This document shows, in pieces, positions 1 through 8,390 of a stretch of 64,000 nucleotides of DNA. Source of the stretch: a virus (taxonomy: Duplodnaviria > Caudoviricetes); the IMG/VR virus record IMGVR_UViG_3300047625_000012, positions 183 to 64,182 of that record; one strand, written 5' to 3'. Every line of letters starts with the position of its first letter. Position 1 is the stretch's first letter. The notes below the pieces were generated by a model that had not been told where the DNA came from, did not search any database, and saw nothing but the letters and a program-made list of their open reading frames with translations. The position numbers were made by a program, and so were the translations under genes.

Positions 1-2
1 AC

Positions 3-125
3 ACAGGTGAGCCTTATATAACGAAGCTGCAGCAGTTTCTGAATGAGACCCGCGGTAAGCCGCTCGTGCTGGCGGTAGAAGACTACGGTGAGCACTGCAG
101 CCCTGACTGGACCAATTTCGAATAA
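3..125 (+). CDS. Hypothetical protein, 3' end (truncated by window)
   Basis: Open frame TGEPYITKLQ...WTNFE* from the window edge; its stop TAA is the first part of the 22-bp intergenic repeat. Confidence 0.55.
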   Translation, partial: TGEPYITKLQQFLNETRGKPLVLAVEDYGEHCSPDWTNFE

Positions 126-144
126 CTTAGGATCAACCAACATG
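123..144 (+). repeat. 22-bp stop-RBS-start direct repeat, copy 1
   Basis: TAACTTAGGATCAACCAACATG; copy 2 at 481-502 differs at one base. Confidence 0.9.
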
Positions 145-483
145 AATGATAAAGACAGAGAGTTACTGCAACAGATCCTGCAGGCAGGGGGTAGCGCCGC
201 AGAAAAAGGCTTCCAACAGCTGGTTCACTACCATTTCATAGACGGGCTCACTACCGTCCTGGTTTGTATCGCGCTGTTGATTCTCTCCGCAGCGCTTTTT
301 GCAGGCTTGTTGCGTTGGGACACCGAGGATGAGGACACCGGCGGCGCTGCGATAGCCAAAGGCGTGGGAATGGTCGTAGTTACCGTACTGGCCGTGATAA
401 TGCTTTGTTGCCTGCAAGGCGGCTTCCGGGATATGTTAGCCCCCGAAGGGGCCGCAATCAGCGCACTGGTCACGAAATCATAA
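142..483 (+). CDS. Membrane protein (2 TM helices)
   Basis: AGGA RBS before ATG142; two long hydrophobic segments. Confidence 0.75.
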   Translation: MNDKDRELLQQILQAGGSAAEKGFQQLVHYHFIDGLTTVLVCIALLILSAALFAGLLRWDTEDEDTGGAAIAKGVGMVVVTVLAVIMLCCLQGGFRDMLAPEGAAISALVTKS

Positions 484-502
484 CTTAGGACCAACCAACA
501 TG
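481..502 (+). repeat. 22-bp stop-RBS-start direct repeat, copy 2
   Basis: TAACTTAGGACCAACCAACATG. Confidence 0.9.
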
Positions 503-1192
503 GCCGTTCGAAAGTTAACCAAGAAAGAACCCGCCCCGAGCAGTGTGACGCTTCCGTTTCCTGCCTCGGACCCTGAGTTGTCCGCGTCCGCCAAGCGCAT
601 GCTGGCCCAGGCGAAAGCACTTGAAGTTACTACGGCAGAGGACTACGAGTCAGCGGCTGAAGTATTGAAAAAGCTCACCGCGCGGGAAAAAGAAGTAGAA
701 GCCCAGAAAGCCAAACTCTGGGACCCTCTCGCAGTGCTCACCAAGAATGTGCAGGCTATTTTCAACCCGCCGCTGAAAGTGTTGGAGCAAGCCAAAAAAC
801 TGGTCAGCGAAAAGATGGGCCAGTACGCACTGGAGCAACGCAACATCGCAGCGGAGCGCCAGCGGCTCGCGGACCGGGAAGCGGAAGAGGCACGGGAGAA
901 GCTCCTCGCGAAAGCTGAGAGAGCTGCAGACAACGGCCAGACGGAACGCGCCTACGTTCTGGAAGCCCGTGCGGCCAGCTTCCAGGCGCCGACGATCCAG
1001 ATTGAGACACCGCAGGTTGCAGGAGTGCAGCTGCGGGAGCGCTGGCTGTTCGAGGTGACCGACCCGGACAAGGTGCCGCGTGAGTACCTGATGGTGGATG
1101 AGCGGCTGATCCGTGCGGAAGTCAACACCAGCGAAGGCAACACGAAAATCCCCGGGGTTCGCATCTGGTCGACGCTGAAGCCGCAGGGATGA
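500..1192 (+). CDS. Conserved phage coiled-coil protein
   Basis: Long E/K/A coiled coil, then C-terminal WxFEVxD..VPREYL..DE..I...IPGV motif typical of phage early/recombination-region proteins. Confidence 0.8.
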   Translation: MAVRKLTKKEPAPSSVTLPFPASDPELSASAKRMLAQAKALEVTTAEDYESAAEVLKKLTAREKEVEAQKAKLWDPLAVLTKNVQAIFNPPLKVLEQAKKLVSEKMGQYALEQRNIAAERQRLADREAEEAREKLLAKAERAADNGQTERAYVLEARAASFQAPTIQIETPQVAGVQLRERWLFEVTDPDKVPREYLMVDERLIRAEVNTSEGNTKIPGVRIWSTLKPQG

Positions 1193-1305
1193 GCGTCATG
1201 TGCGTCACCGAAGCAGAACTCGCGCGGCTGGTCATAGCGTTTTTCCTGCTGTGTGCAGGAGTCTGGCTGGCCGTCAGTATGAACAGCCGACCAGGAGGAG
1301 AGTAA
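1189..1305 (+). CDS. 38-aa single-TM peptide
   Basis: ATGA overlap with upstream stop; MSVMCVTEAELARLVIAFFLLCAGVWLAVSMNSRPGGE. Confidence 0.55.
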   Translation: MSVMCVTEAELARLVIAFFLLCAGVWLAVSMNSRPGGE

Positions 1306-1312
1306 CCGTTTC

Positions 1313-1417
1313 GAGGCGCAGCGCGGCACCAGACTGAGAGCACAGCCCCATGTTCTCCCTTCAGGGGCCAGGGCTTGGAAGTACACCGGCGTCACCGGAC
1401 GCGCTGCGCCTCTTTTT
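1313..1417 (+). other. Intergenic structured RNA element or terminator-like multi-stem
   Basis: Perfect 13-bp inverted repeat GAGGCGCAGCGCG (1313-1325) / CGCGCTGCGCCTC (1400-1412) followed by TTTTT, with internal hairpins. Confidence 0.6.
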
Positions 1418-1442
1418 GATTTCAATCACAGAGGACGAAACC

Positions 1443-1700
1443 ATGAAGAAGAGAGTTGCAAAAAAGAAGAAGCCGCACTACTACACCATCGGAGTACGCT
1501 TCCTGAGCAGTGTCATGGTAGCCCGTGTCTACACCTACAAGATGCGTAGTCGCACCTCGGTATACCTGGGTCAGGAGCTGGTGGCCGACAGTCCCCAGGG
1601 TCCGGCGGTTGTCGTAGTAGTGCGGGTCGACAAGGTACCCCAGGACAATGTTTACGGAGTGGAATACAAGTTCATCGAGAAAAAGGTCAGCGACCTGTAG
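1443..1700 (+). CDS. Hypothetical protein (small beta-barrel-like)
   Basis: GAGGA RBS; YTYK...GQELV..P.G...VVV.VD pattern. Confidence 0.7.
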   Translation: MKKRVAKKKKPHYYTIGVRFLSSVMVARVYTYKMRSRTSVYLGQELVADSPQGPAVVVVVRVDKVPQDNVYGVEYKFIEKKVSDL

Positions 1701-1709
1701 GAGAGAGTC

Positions 1710-1955
1710 GTGCTCAAGAAATACGCGAACAGGCGCCTGTACGACACCGGAATAAAGCGCTACACCACGGTATCAGAGATCAGTGAGCGCGTCCTGAACG
1801 GTGAATCCGTACCTGCACACAACGGGGGCGATGCGACTTCAGAAGTGTTGCTGAGTATCATAGCCATGGATAAGCCGACCCCGGGTGAGCTGCGCGCCGC
1901 AATCAGAATGTACCGCTCCGTACGGCAAGGAAAGAGGGTGGGAGACCGCAAGTAG
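1710..1955 (+). CDS. PhaR-like PHB/PHA accumulation regulator, N-terminal DNA-binding domain only
   Basis: [12 protein letters not shown]...Y.T...I...V..GE......G.D.T..VLLSII matches the PHB_acc_N signature; AGGAG RBS. Confidence 0.85.
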   Translation: MLKKYANRRLYDTGIKRYTTVSEISERVLNGESVPAHNGGDATSEVLLSIIAMDKPTPGELRAAIRMYRSVRQGKRVGDRK

Positions 1956-1995
1956 AAAGGTCAGGAATCATAGTCCGGATCAAGGAGAAACTGAC

Positions 1996-2190
1996 ATGCT
2001 GATACTGGCGAGACGGTGGGGTGAAACAATCATGATCGGGGATGAGATAACGATCACTGTGCTGGGGATTCAGGGGAATCAGGTACGGATCGGAATCAAT
2101 GCCCCGAAGAGCGTTAAAGTACACCGCAAGGAGGTTTATGAGCGAATCCAACGAGAGTTGCAAGACGGTGAGAAGAGTGCGGCATCATGA
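1996..2190 (+). CDS. csrA: Carbon storage regulator CsrA/RsmA homolog
   Basis: [52 protein letters not shown]; AAGGAG RBS. Confidence 0.95.
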   Translation: MLILARRWGETIMIGDEITITVLGIQGNQVRIGINAPKSVKVHRKEVYERIQRELQDGEKSAAS

Positions 2191-3083
2191 CTGACGTGGG
2201 GTTGCGCCCGAATCTGGAAGCCCTTCTGCTGATCCTGGATGGGGTAGTATCGGTCGAGGCTGATCATGACGCCCTGGACCCCGACAAACCGACCTTCCGA
2301 GTGGTGTTGACGTTTGACCGGTTGCGGTTGCCTGATAGCTGGCAGATTCCGAAGCCGACACACTGGCTGGAAGGTCTGGTGGAGGAACTGCGCCTGTGGA
2401 GCACCCAGAAAACCCGGGAGGCGCAATGGGTCTCGAAAGAAGAACGCATGGGCTCCTCGATCGATACCCTGATGGCGCACTTCACCGAAGAGCTGAAGAA
2501 AGCCCAACGTGCCACCCCGCAGAACGTCAAGACGCGGCTGGATCAGCGCATCTACGCGGATGCCATCCTGAGGCTGCAGGAGCTGAAAGAGCGCCGGGCC
2601 GCAGGGGGTGTGTACTCCCACACCGAGAGCCGCCGGGAGAAGGCGCGTAAGACGTGGGAAGAGGAGGAGTTCGAAGGCCCGAAGCGGGAGGAGGAGCAGG
2701 CTCGACAACGCGATTCTTACAATTACCAGCAGAGATATCGCCCAGGGTATTCCGGCGATCCTTGGGAAGGAATTGATCCCGCGACACGCTCGAAGTACGA
2801 AGATATATTCCGCCAGTTCGGTGAAGGCAGATTCCGGGACGCGTTCACGCGAGGGTTCTACGGAAGCACACACACTCCGCCGCCGCCTCCACCGGACAAC
2901 GCGAATAAACGGACATGGTACTCGGTGTTAGGCGTTACCCCGAAAGCGACGAAAAAAGAGATCACGCATGCCTACCGGAAGCTGGCTGCAAAGTATCACC
3001 CGGACCGCTACAAGGAGGCGGACGGGCATGAGCGCATGGCAGAGATCAACACCGCACGGGATACCGGGTTAGGTGGGCTATGA
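2187..3083 (+). CDS. J-domain (DnaJ-type) protein, J-domain at C-terminus
   Basis: WYSVLGV...[16 protein letters not shown]...MAEINTA with intact HPD. Confidence 0.9.
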   Translation: MTDVGLRPNLEALLLILDGVVSVEADHDALDPDKPTFRVVLTFDRLRLPDSWQIPKPTHWLEGLVEELRLWSTQKTREAQWVSKEERMGSSIDTLMAHFTEELKKAQRATPQNVKTRLDQRIYADAILRLQELKERRAAGGVYSHTESRREKARKTWEEEEFEGPKREEEQARQRDSYNYQQRYRPGYSGDPWEGIDPATRSKYEDIFRQFGEGRFRDAFTRGFYGSTHTPPPPPPDNANKRTWYSVLGVTPKATKKEITHAYRKLAAKYHPDRYKEADGHERMAEINTARDTGLGGL

Positions 3084-3205
3084 ACGGAGAGGGTTTCGCT
3101 TACTTCTGTTGGCACAGGCTAAACTGGCCTCATTGGACAGAGTGCCGGGGCGTTAACGACAACCGCATATGCTCGTATCGTTGGGCTGGACGGGTTTGGC
3201 GTTAA
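3080..3205 (+). CDS. 41-aa hypothetical peptide
   Basis: ATGA overlap upstream; stop abuts the polymerase ATG. Confidence 0.4.
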   Translation: MNGEGFAYFCWHRLNWPHWTECRGVNDNRICSYRWAGRVWR

Positions 3206-5764
3206 ATGCGCAACGCCAACTGCAAGCTTTGTAGGCTCCATGAGCATGCGACCACGGTATGCATCAACGGAGACGGCCCCACAGATGCGGACATACTCGT
3301 AGTCGGGCAGAATCCGGGACAGCAGGAGGACCGCAAAGGCAAACCGTTCATAGGCCCCTCAGGCAAGCTCCTGAAGAGTCAGATAGCCAAAGCTGACCTG
3401 GGCGATATGCGCATCCGCTACACCAACATCGTGCGGTGTCTGAGTCCCGACAACCGCGAGCCGACCGCGAAAGAGATCAAAGCCTGCAAGCCGTATCTGG
3501 ATGCGGAAATCGCACGCGTCGACCCCCGGTACATTGTGCCTCTCGGGGCTCCTGCGACGAAAGCCGTTGCCAAAGCCAAGGTGAGCACCGCGCACGGACA
3601 GATGATCGGGAAAGACGGCCGCGTCATCGTCCCCAGTTATCATCCCGCGGCAACCTTCCGTGACCCCTCCAAGCTGCAGGTAATACAGCAGGACTTCGCA
3701 CGGCTGAAACGCCACATCGACGGCACTCTCGGTGCGACTCAGGACAAGTTCCAGTACCGCGTCGTCACGGACCGCAGCGTGCTCCGCGAGTTTTTCGAGG
3801 CATTCGATGCGGCTGACGAGTACGCCTACGACACCGAGACGAACGGGCTCATCCATGCAGCTCCGGGGTTTCTCGTCCGTTGTATCGCATTCGCGTTTGA
3901 GGATTGTTCGTGGGTCATACCGCTCGAAATGCCGGGGAGTTTATATGCGAACGATTACCCTGCCCAGGCGGAGTTTTTCCGGGTGGTGGCACGTAAAGCT
4001 GCGGATAAATGGGCCGCGGTGTTCCACGGCAAGTTTGATGCTGGAGCGATCCGCCGCGTCTACAACGTGTCGTTACCGTACCATTTTGATGCCATGCTGG
4101 CCCACTATCTCCTGGACGAAAACCAGGACCATGATCTGAAGTATGTGTCGCGTGTTGAATTGGATTGCGAGGAGTACGACTTACCGAAGGAGTTGAAGCT
4201 CAGCGACACGCCGCAGTGGTCCGTACTGATGCAGAATATCGAGAACCGCAACAAGTACTGGAAATACAACGCCCGGGACGCCTGGAACACGCTGCATCTG
4301 GTGCCACGGTTCGCAAAACGCCTGCGCCGCAACCCCGCACTCCAGCGGCTCTTCAATGAGCTGGTAATGCCGTCCTCGTACGCACTGGAGGCGATCGAAG
4401 CCCGGGGACTGCCGCTGGACCTCGAACAGTACCGTGCGATGGAGATCCGGGTTGAGCTGGAGCGGGATGAGTCTGCGGAGAAACTGAACAAGCTGGCGGG
4501 ACGGCGTATCAACTGGAACTCGCGCGATCAGATTGCCGTCGTGCTGTTCGATGACCTGGGCCTGCCGGTGATGGCCAGAACACCCACCGGGGCGCCGTCG
4601 ACCAGTGAGGAAGCGGTTGTCGACCTCAAGGGAAAGCACCCCATCATCAACGAGCTGCTGCACTACCGTGAGCTGGATAAGATCCTGGGGACATATCTGC
4701 AGGGGTGGCGTAAAAAAGGTCACGTCATCAAAGACAAGCTGTACCTCTCTTACAAACAGCCCGGCACGGTTACGGGTCGTTTCAGCTCCCGGCTGCACCA
4801 GATACCTACGGATGGAGAAATACGCTCCATAATCGCACTCCCGGACGGCACGCCTGTCGCCAGGGACTGGCAATTCGTAGCCGCGGATCTATCACAGGCA
4901 GAGCTGCGCATTGCCGCGGAGATGTCCGGCGACCCGAGTCTGATAGAAGCGTACCGCAGCGGTCGGGACGTGCACTGGGACACGGTGCTGTACATGGTCG
5001 CCGCGGGGCACATGGATGAATACGCCGATCAGGCTTTCGACACCGCGCGGGAGATTCAAGATCAGTTCTACGTAGCCAACGCGGGGAAGTACAAAAAGAA
5101 GTTTATTGACCTGAGTACTGCGTTGGAGGTCATGCGGATAGCTGGCGTAGATAACTGTAAAAAACTCTGGAAAGGCTGGAAAGACGCCCGCGACTGTGCA
5201 AAGCGCATTAACTTCGGTTTCCTGTACGGCATGTACGAGAACACGTTTATCGAAAAAGCGAAAGTTGACTACGATTGGATGTGCACCTGGAAGCAGGCAC
5301 ACGCCTATCGCCAGGGGTTCTTCGAGCAGCGCCGCGGACTGGAGCCGTGGCACGAGCGGTGCAAGAAACTCGCACGGATCGATGGGCAGGTAACCGACAT
5401 GTTCGGGCGCATCCGCAGACTCCCGGCGATCCAGAGCAGTGACAAACTGGCGAAGATGGAGGCGGAGCGCCAGGCCATCAACGCCCCGGTACAGGGCACT
5501 ATCGGGGATTGGAAAGCCGCTGCCATGGTCGAAATCCACGAGACAATCGATAGCGCTAAGTATAGACTCTGCGGCGAGCACCATGACGCACTCCTCGGGC
5601 TGGTCCGCCGGGGATATGAAGACGAAGTGCTCCCCAAGGTGCGTCGGATCATGGAGCGGCCACGGTTGCTGAAAACGTTCAGAATCAGAATGAAAGTCCC
5701 GATGGTGGTCGATGTGAATGTCGGTCCGTGGGGAAAAGGGGCGGCGTATCATGACCCAAATTAG
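3206..5764 (+). CDS. polA: Family A DNA polymerase with N-terminal uracil-DNA-glycosylase-like domain and 3'-5' exonuclease
   Basis: CxxCxL Fe-S motif, GQNPG..ED..GKPFIG, YHPAA (UDG family 4 / SPO1-type); exo YDTET, KFD, YNARD; motif A DLSQAELR, motif B RxxAKxINFGFLYG, motif C HHDA. Confidence 0.95.
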   Translation: MRNANCKLCRLHEHATTVCINGDGPTDADILVVGQNPGQQEDRKGKPFIGPSGKLLKSQIAKADLGDMRIRYTNIVRCLSPDNREPTAKEIKACKPYLDAEIARVDPRYIVPLGAPATKAVAKAKVSTAHGQMIGKDGRVIVPSYHPAATFRDPSKLQVIQQDFARLKRHIDGTLGATQDKFQYRVVTDRSVLREFFEAFDAADEYAYDTETNGLIHAAPGFLVRCIAFAFEDCSWVIPLEMPGSLYANDYPAQAEFFRVVARKAADKWAAVFHGKFDAGAIRRVYNVSLPYHFDAMLAHYLLDENQDHDLKYVSRVELDCEEYDLPKELKLSDTPQWSVLMQNIENRNKYWKYNARDAWNTLHLVPRFAKRLRRNPALQRLFNELVMPSSYALEAIEARGLPLDLEQYRAMEIRVELERDESAEKLNKLAGRRINWNSRDQIAVVLFDDLGLPVMARTPTGAPSTSEEAVVDLKGKHPIINELLHYRELDKILGTYLQGWRKKGHVIKDKLYLSYKQPGTVTGRFSSRLHQIPTDGEIRSIIALPDGTPVARDWQFVAADLSQAELRIAAEMSGDPSLIEAYRSGRDVHWDTVLYMVAAGHMDEYADQAFDTAREIQDQFYVANAGKYKKKFIDLSTALEVMRIAGVDNCKKLWKGWKDARDCAKRINFGFLYGMYENTFIEKAKVDYDWMCTWKQAHAYRQGFFEQRRGLEPWHERCKKLARIDGQVTDMFGRIRRLPAIQSSDKLAKMEAERQAINAPVQGTIGDWKAAAMVEIHETIDSAKYRLCGEHHDALLGLVRRGYEDEVLPKVRRIMERPRLLKTFRIRMKVPMVVDVNVGPWGKGAAYHDPN

Positions 5765-5848
5765 TTGCTTCATTGCGGGATTCTTCACGGGGATATTCTG
5801 TGTGTTTGCATCCATGCTGATAGCTGCAGTAGGGAGGAAATTACTACA

Positions 5849-6145
5849 ATGACTAGACGTAACAAAGACCTCTACGGGCTGTTGCCTCCAGCAGACCACG
5901 TCTGCGGCACCCCGGATGCGATGTGCGACACAGATTGTGTGGGGCGCGCCTACGCACCACTCAACCTGCATATGGTTGTGCAGTTACGGTTCGACCGCGA
6001 GGCGTTCACCGAGCTGAAAGAACTGCTGCGGGCTCATTCACAAGCCTCACGTACGGTGGAGCTGTCCCCTCAGGAGCGCCGCAGCCGGGACGCCCTGAAG
6101 CGGGTCTTTGACCAGATACGCGACGTGGAGTATAGCGGTGTATAG
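5849..6145 (+). CDS. Hypothetical protein (HxC...CxxxC)
   Basis: GGAGG RBS before ATG5849. Confidence 0.6.
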   Translation: MTRRNKDLYGLLPPADHVCGTPDAMCDTDCVGRAYAPLNLHMVVQLRFDREAFTELKELLRAHSQASRTVELSPQERRSRDALKRVFDQIRDVEYSGV

Positions 6146-6485
6146 CGCTACAAGACCTCCGCCGAATAAATGCAAACAGCCGGGACATGTATTCTCGGAA
6201 AAGACCGGTAAGTGCAAGACGTGTCACGCCGAAGCCCAGCGCCGCAGACGTGGCTCATTGCACAAGACGGTACGGGGTGCCCCCCGGATAGCCGCCACGG
6301 TACAGGGCACCCCCTGTCGTACCTGCGGGGGCACGGAGCGGTACGCAAGCTGGGGCGGTTGCGTAGCGTGTCAGAGGCGGCACGGACTGCGGCACACTGT
6401 GAGCCGGACGCCGGATGTTCTGTATATTACGCTGACCCAGTGGCTCCTGAGCCCAGCACCGGAGATGTTACCCCATGAAGATTGA
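6138..6485 (+). CDS. Cys-rich zinc-finger protein
   Basis: C..GH...CxxC and CxxC...RY...CxxC; GGAG RBS before GTG. Confidence 0.6.
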   Translation: MYSATRPPPNKCKQPGHVFSEKTGKCKTCHAEAQRRRRGSLHKTVRGAPRIAATVQGTPCRTCGGTERYASWGGCVACQRRHGLRHTVSRTPDVLYITLTQWLLSPAPEMLPHED

Positions 6486-7227
6486 AGTCCTGGATCACGG
6501 CTACGTCGAATTGATAGAGTGTTGGGGCACGGGTAAGGATGGAGTCGACTTTCAATTTGAACCCGAGGTCGTGCACGACTACGAAATCGGTATCGTCGAG
6601 GCGGCCCGACAGTCTACCCAAGGTAGTTTCCGCGGGTGGAAAGAAGATGCGCCATTGCTACGCAGACTCTATAAAAACAACCATGCTACTCCGTTCGAGT
6701 TCGCCGGCATGGTCATCGAAGTGCAGGCGCCGATCATGGTGTTCCGTGAATGGCACCGGCATCGCACGGAGTCGTACAACGAGATGAGCGCGCGGTACGC
6801 GCCACTCCCTGACCTGTACTATGCGCCCGCCCGGGACGACGTGCTGTTGCGCGGAGAAAGAGCAGAGGTGACCCGAAACAGGCAGGAAGCGGGTACGGCG
6901 CCGTTTGACCCTGAGTATGTCGACCGGTGGTTGGCGCAGGTTGAGCACGCATACCGTCAGCTGGAGGAGATCTATCAGAACGCGCTGGCGCACGGTATCC
7001 CCAAGGAGCTGGCCCGCATCACCATGCCGGTCGGGCACTACAGCCGGATGCGCGCATCAGCCAACCTGCGCAACTGGCTTGCATTCCTGACGTTGCGGAT
7101 GAGCTCGAATGCTCAGAAAGAGATCCGTTTGTATGCAACCGCAGTTTATAAAATAATGCTGCAACAATTCCCCCAGGTGATGAGCCTGTTCTACGATGCG
7201 TGGGTCGGGGTTCCAGACAGTGTTTAA
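6475..7227 (+). CDS. thyX: FAD-dependent thymidylate synthase
   Basis: HATPFE and RHRTESYNEMSARY (RHRxxSxxxxSxRY), ELAR, NLRNW, AQKEIR. Confidence 0.95.
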   Translation: MKIEVLDHGYVELIECWGTGKDGVDFQFEPEVVHDYEIGIVEAARQSTQGSFRGWKEDAPLLRRLYKNNHATPFEFAGMVIEVQAPIMVFREWHRHRTESYNEMSARYAPLPDLYYAPARDDVLLRGERAEVTRNRQEAGTAPFDPEYVDRWLAQVEHAYRQLEEIYQNALAHGIPKELARITMPVGHYSRMRASANLRNWLAFLTLRMSSNAQKEIRLYATAVYKIMLQQFPQVMSLFYDAWVGVPDSV

Positions 7228-8197
7228 AACCGGCTTCAGCAAGGTCAAGGCCTGGCGGTTTTGCAACAAGCTGTATGAATTCAGCGTGATCCGCAATCTG
7301 CAGCCCCGCCGCCGTGCGGCTCCGCTGCTGCGCGGGACCATCCTGCACGAGATGCTTGCGGCCCGGGACATGAAAGGCCATGCCGCAGCTGTTGCGGTAT
7401 ACGTCGACTACCTGGAGAAGTATGGCAAGCTGTTCGAAGAAGAACGCGAGTTCTACGGCGAGCACTTCATGGAAGATATCTGGCGGATCTATCGGGGGTA
7501 TCTGCGTACCTACCCGGACGGGACTGCTCTGACATGGAAAGTACGCGCCACCGAAGGACGGGTACAGACGCAGCTCACACCGAAGATCCTGTTCGAGGGG
7601 CACTATGATCTGCGCGTGTTCTCGAACGGCAGGGAGTGGCTGGTAGACCGGAAATCGCACAAGGTGATCCCGACCGCAGAAGAACGCTTCAACAATTTCC
7701 AGCTGCTCCTGTACGCAGAAGCCTGGAACCGGGAGAACGAAGAGAAAGTCGACGGAATCATCTGGGATTACATCCGCACCAAAGCGCCTACGATCCCCGA
7801 GGTGCTGAAAGCCGGTACCGCCCTGACCCGCCGTGCGGACTTGGACACAGACCTCTATACGTACCGTAAAGCGATCCGGGATAACGGGTTCGACGAGGAC
7901 GGCTACGCGGTATACCTGAAGGAGCTGGCGAAGCGGCCACCCGACCGGTTCTACGCCCGGGTGCCTCTGCCGATCCCATCGAAGCAGATGACAAAAACCG
8001 TGGTCGAGGAGTTCACGCAGACGGCTGAGATGATGCGGACCGCGAAGCACTTCCCCCGCAATGCGACGTACCAGTGCAGCCGCTGCGACTTTTTCAAACT
8101 CTGCAACGCCGAATTATCTGGCATTAACGCTAATTTTGTGGAACGATCCGACTATGAGCAACGTCCGGAAGATATACGCGATACCGAAGCCGCCTGA
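7220..8197 (+). CDS. PD-(D/E)XK exonuclease (RecB/Cas4-like phage recombination nuclease)
   Basis: N-terminal C, RGTILH, E...GHYDL...VDRKS, FQLLLYA, C-terminal CxxCxFxxxC; start could be 7196. Confidence 0.85.
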   Translation: MFKTGFSKVKAWRFCNKLYEFSVIRNLQPRRRAAPLLRGTILHEMLAARDMKGHAAAVAVYVDYLEKYGKLFEEEREFYGEHFMEDIWRIYRGYLRTYPDGTALTWKVRATEGRVQTQLTPKILFEGHYDLRVFSNGREWLVDRKSHKVIPTAEERFNNFQLLLYAEAWNRENEEKVDGIIWDYIRTKAPTIPEVLKAGTALTRRADLDTDLYTYRKAIRDNGFDEDGYAVYLKELAKRPPDRFYARVPLPIPSKQMTKTVVEEFTQTAEMMRTAKHFPRNATYQCSRCDFFKLCNAELSGINANFVERSDYEQRPEDIRDTEAA

Positions 8198-8390
8198 TAC
8201 GCAACCCCGTTGGGAGCGCTACGCCGAAAAGATGCTCGACGCAATGTGTTTTGCAATCACTTACTGGCTTACCTTCGGCGGGTGTTTCGTAGTAGCGTGG
8301 CTCCTGTCGGTTCCACCACAGTACACGCTGCTGGCCCTGATCCTCTGGATGGTATTCCCCCGCAAAAACGAAAATGAAAAAGTTGACTAA
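8154..8390 (+). CDS. Small membrane protein
   Basis: Two hydrophobic stretches; fills the gap between nuclease and ATPase. Confidence 0.55.
   Translation: MSNVRKIYAIPKPPDTQPRWERYAEKMLDAMCFAITYWLTFGGCFVVAWLLSVPPQYTLLALILWMVFPRKNENEKVD

Noticed and set aside
1326-1399. Hammerhead ribozyme or TPP riboswitch (CTGAGA)
   Set aside because: No CUGANGA plus GAAA core in the correct stem context, and the rest of the TPP consensus is absent
4980-5190. Intein in the DNA polymerase
   Set aside because: Insert is short and lacks C/S-start, HN-end splice motifs and LAGLIDADG blocks
7220-8197. Cas4-like nuclease as a sign of CRISPR-Cas
   Set aside because: No cas1/cas2 genes and no repeat-spacer array seen; its context (Sak4-like ATPase, SSB) is a standard phage recombination module
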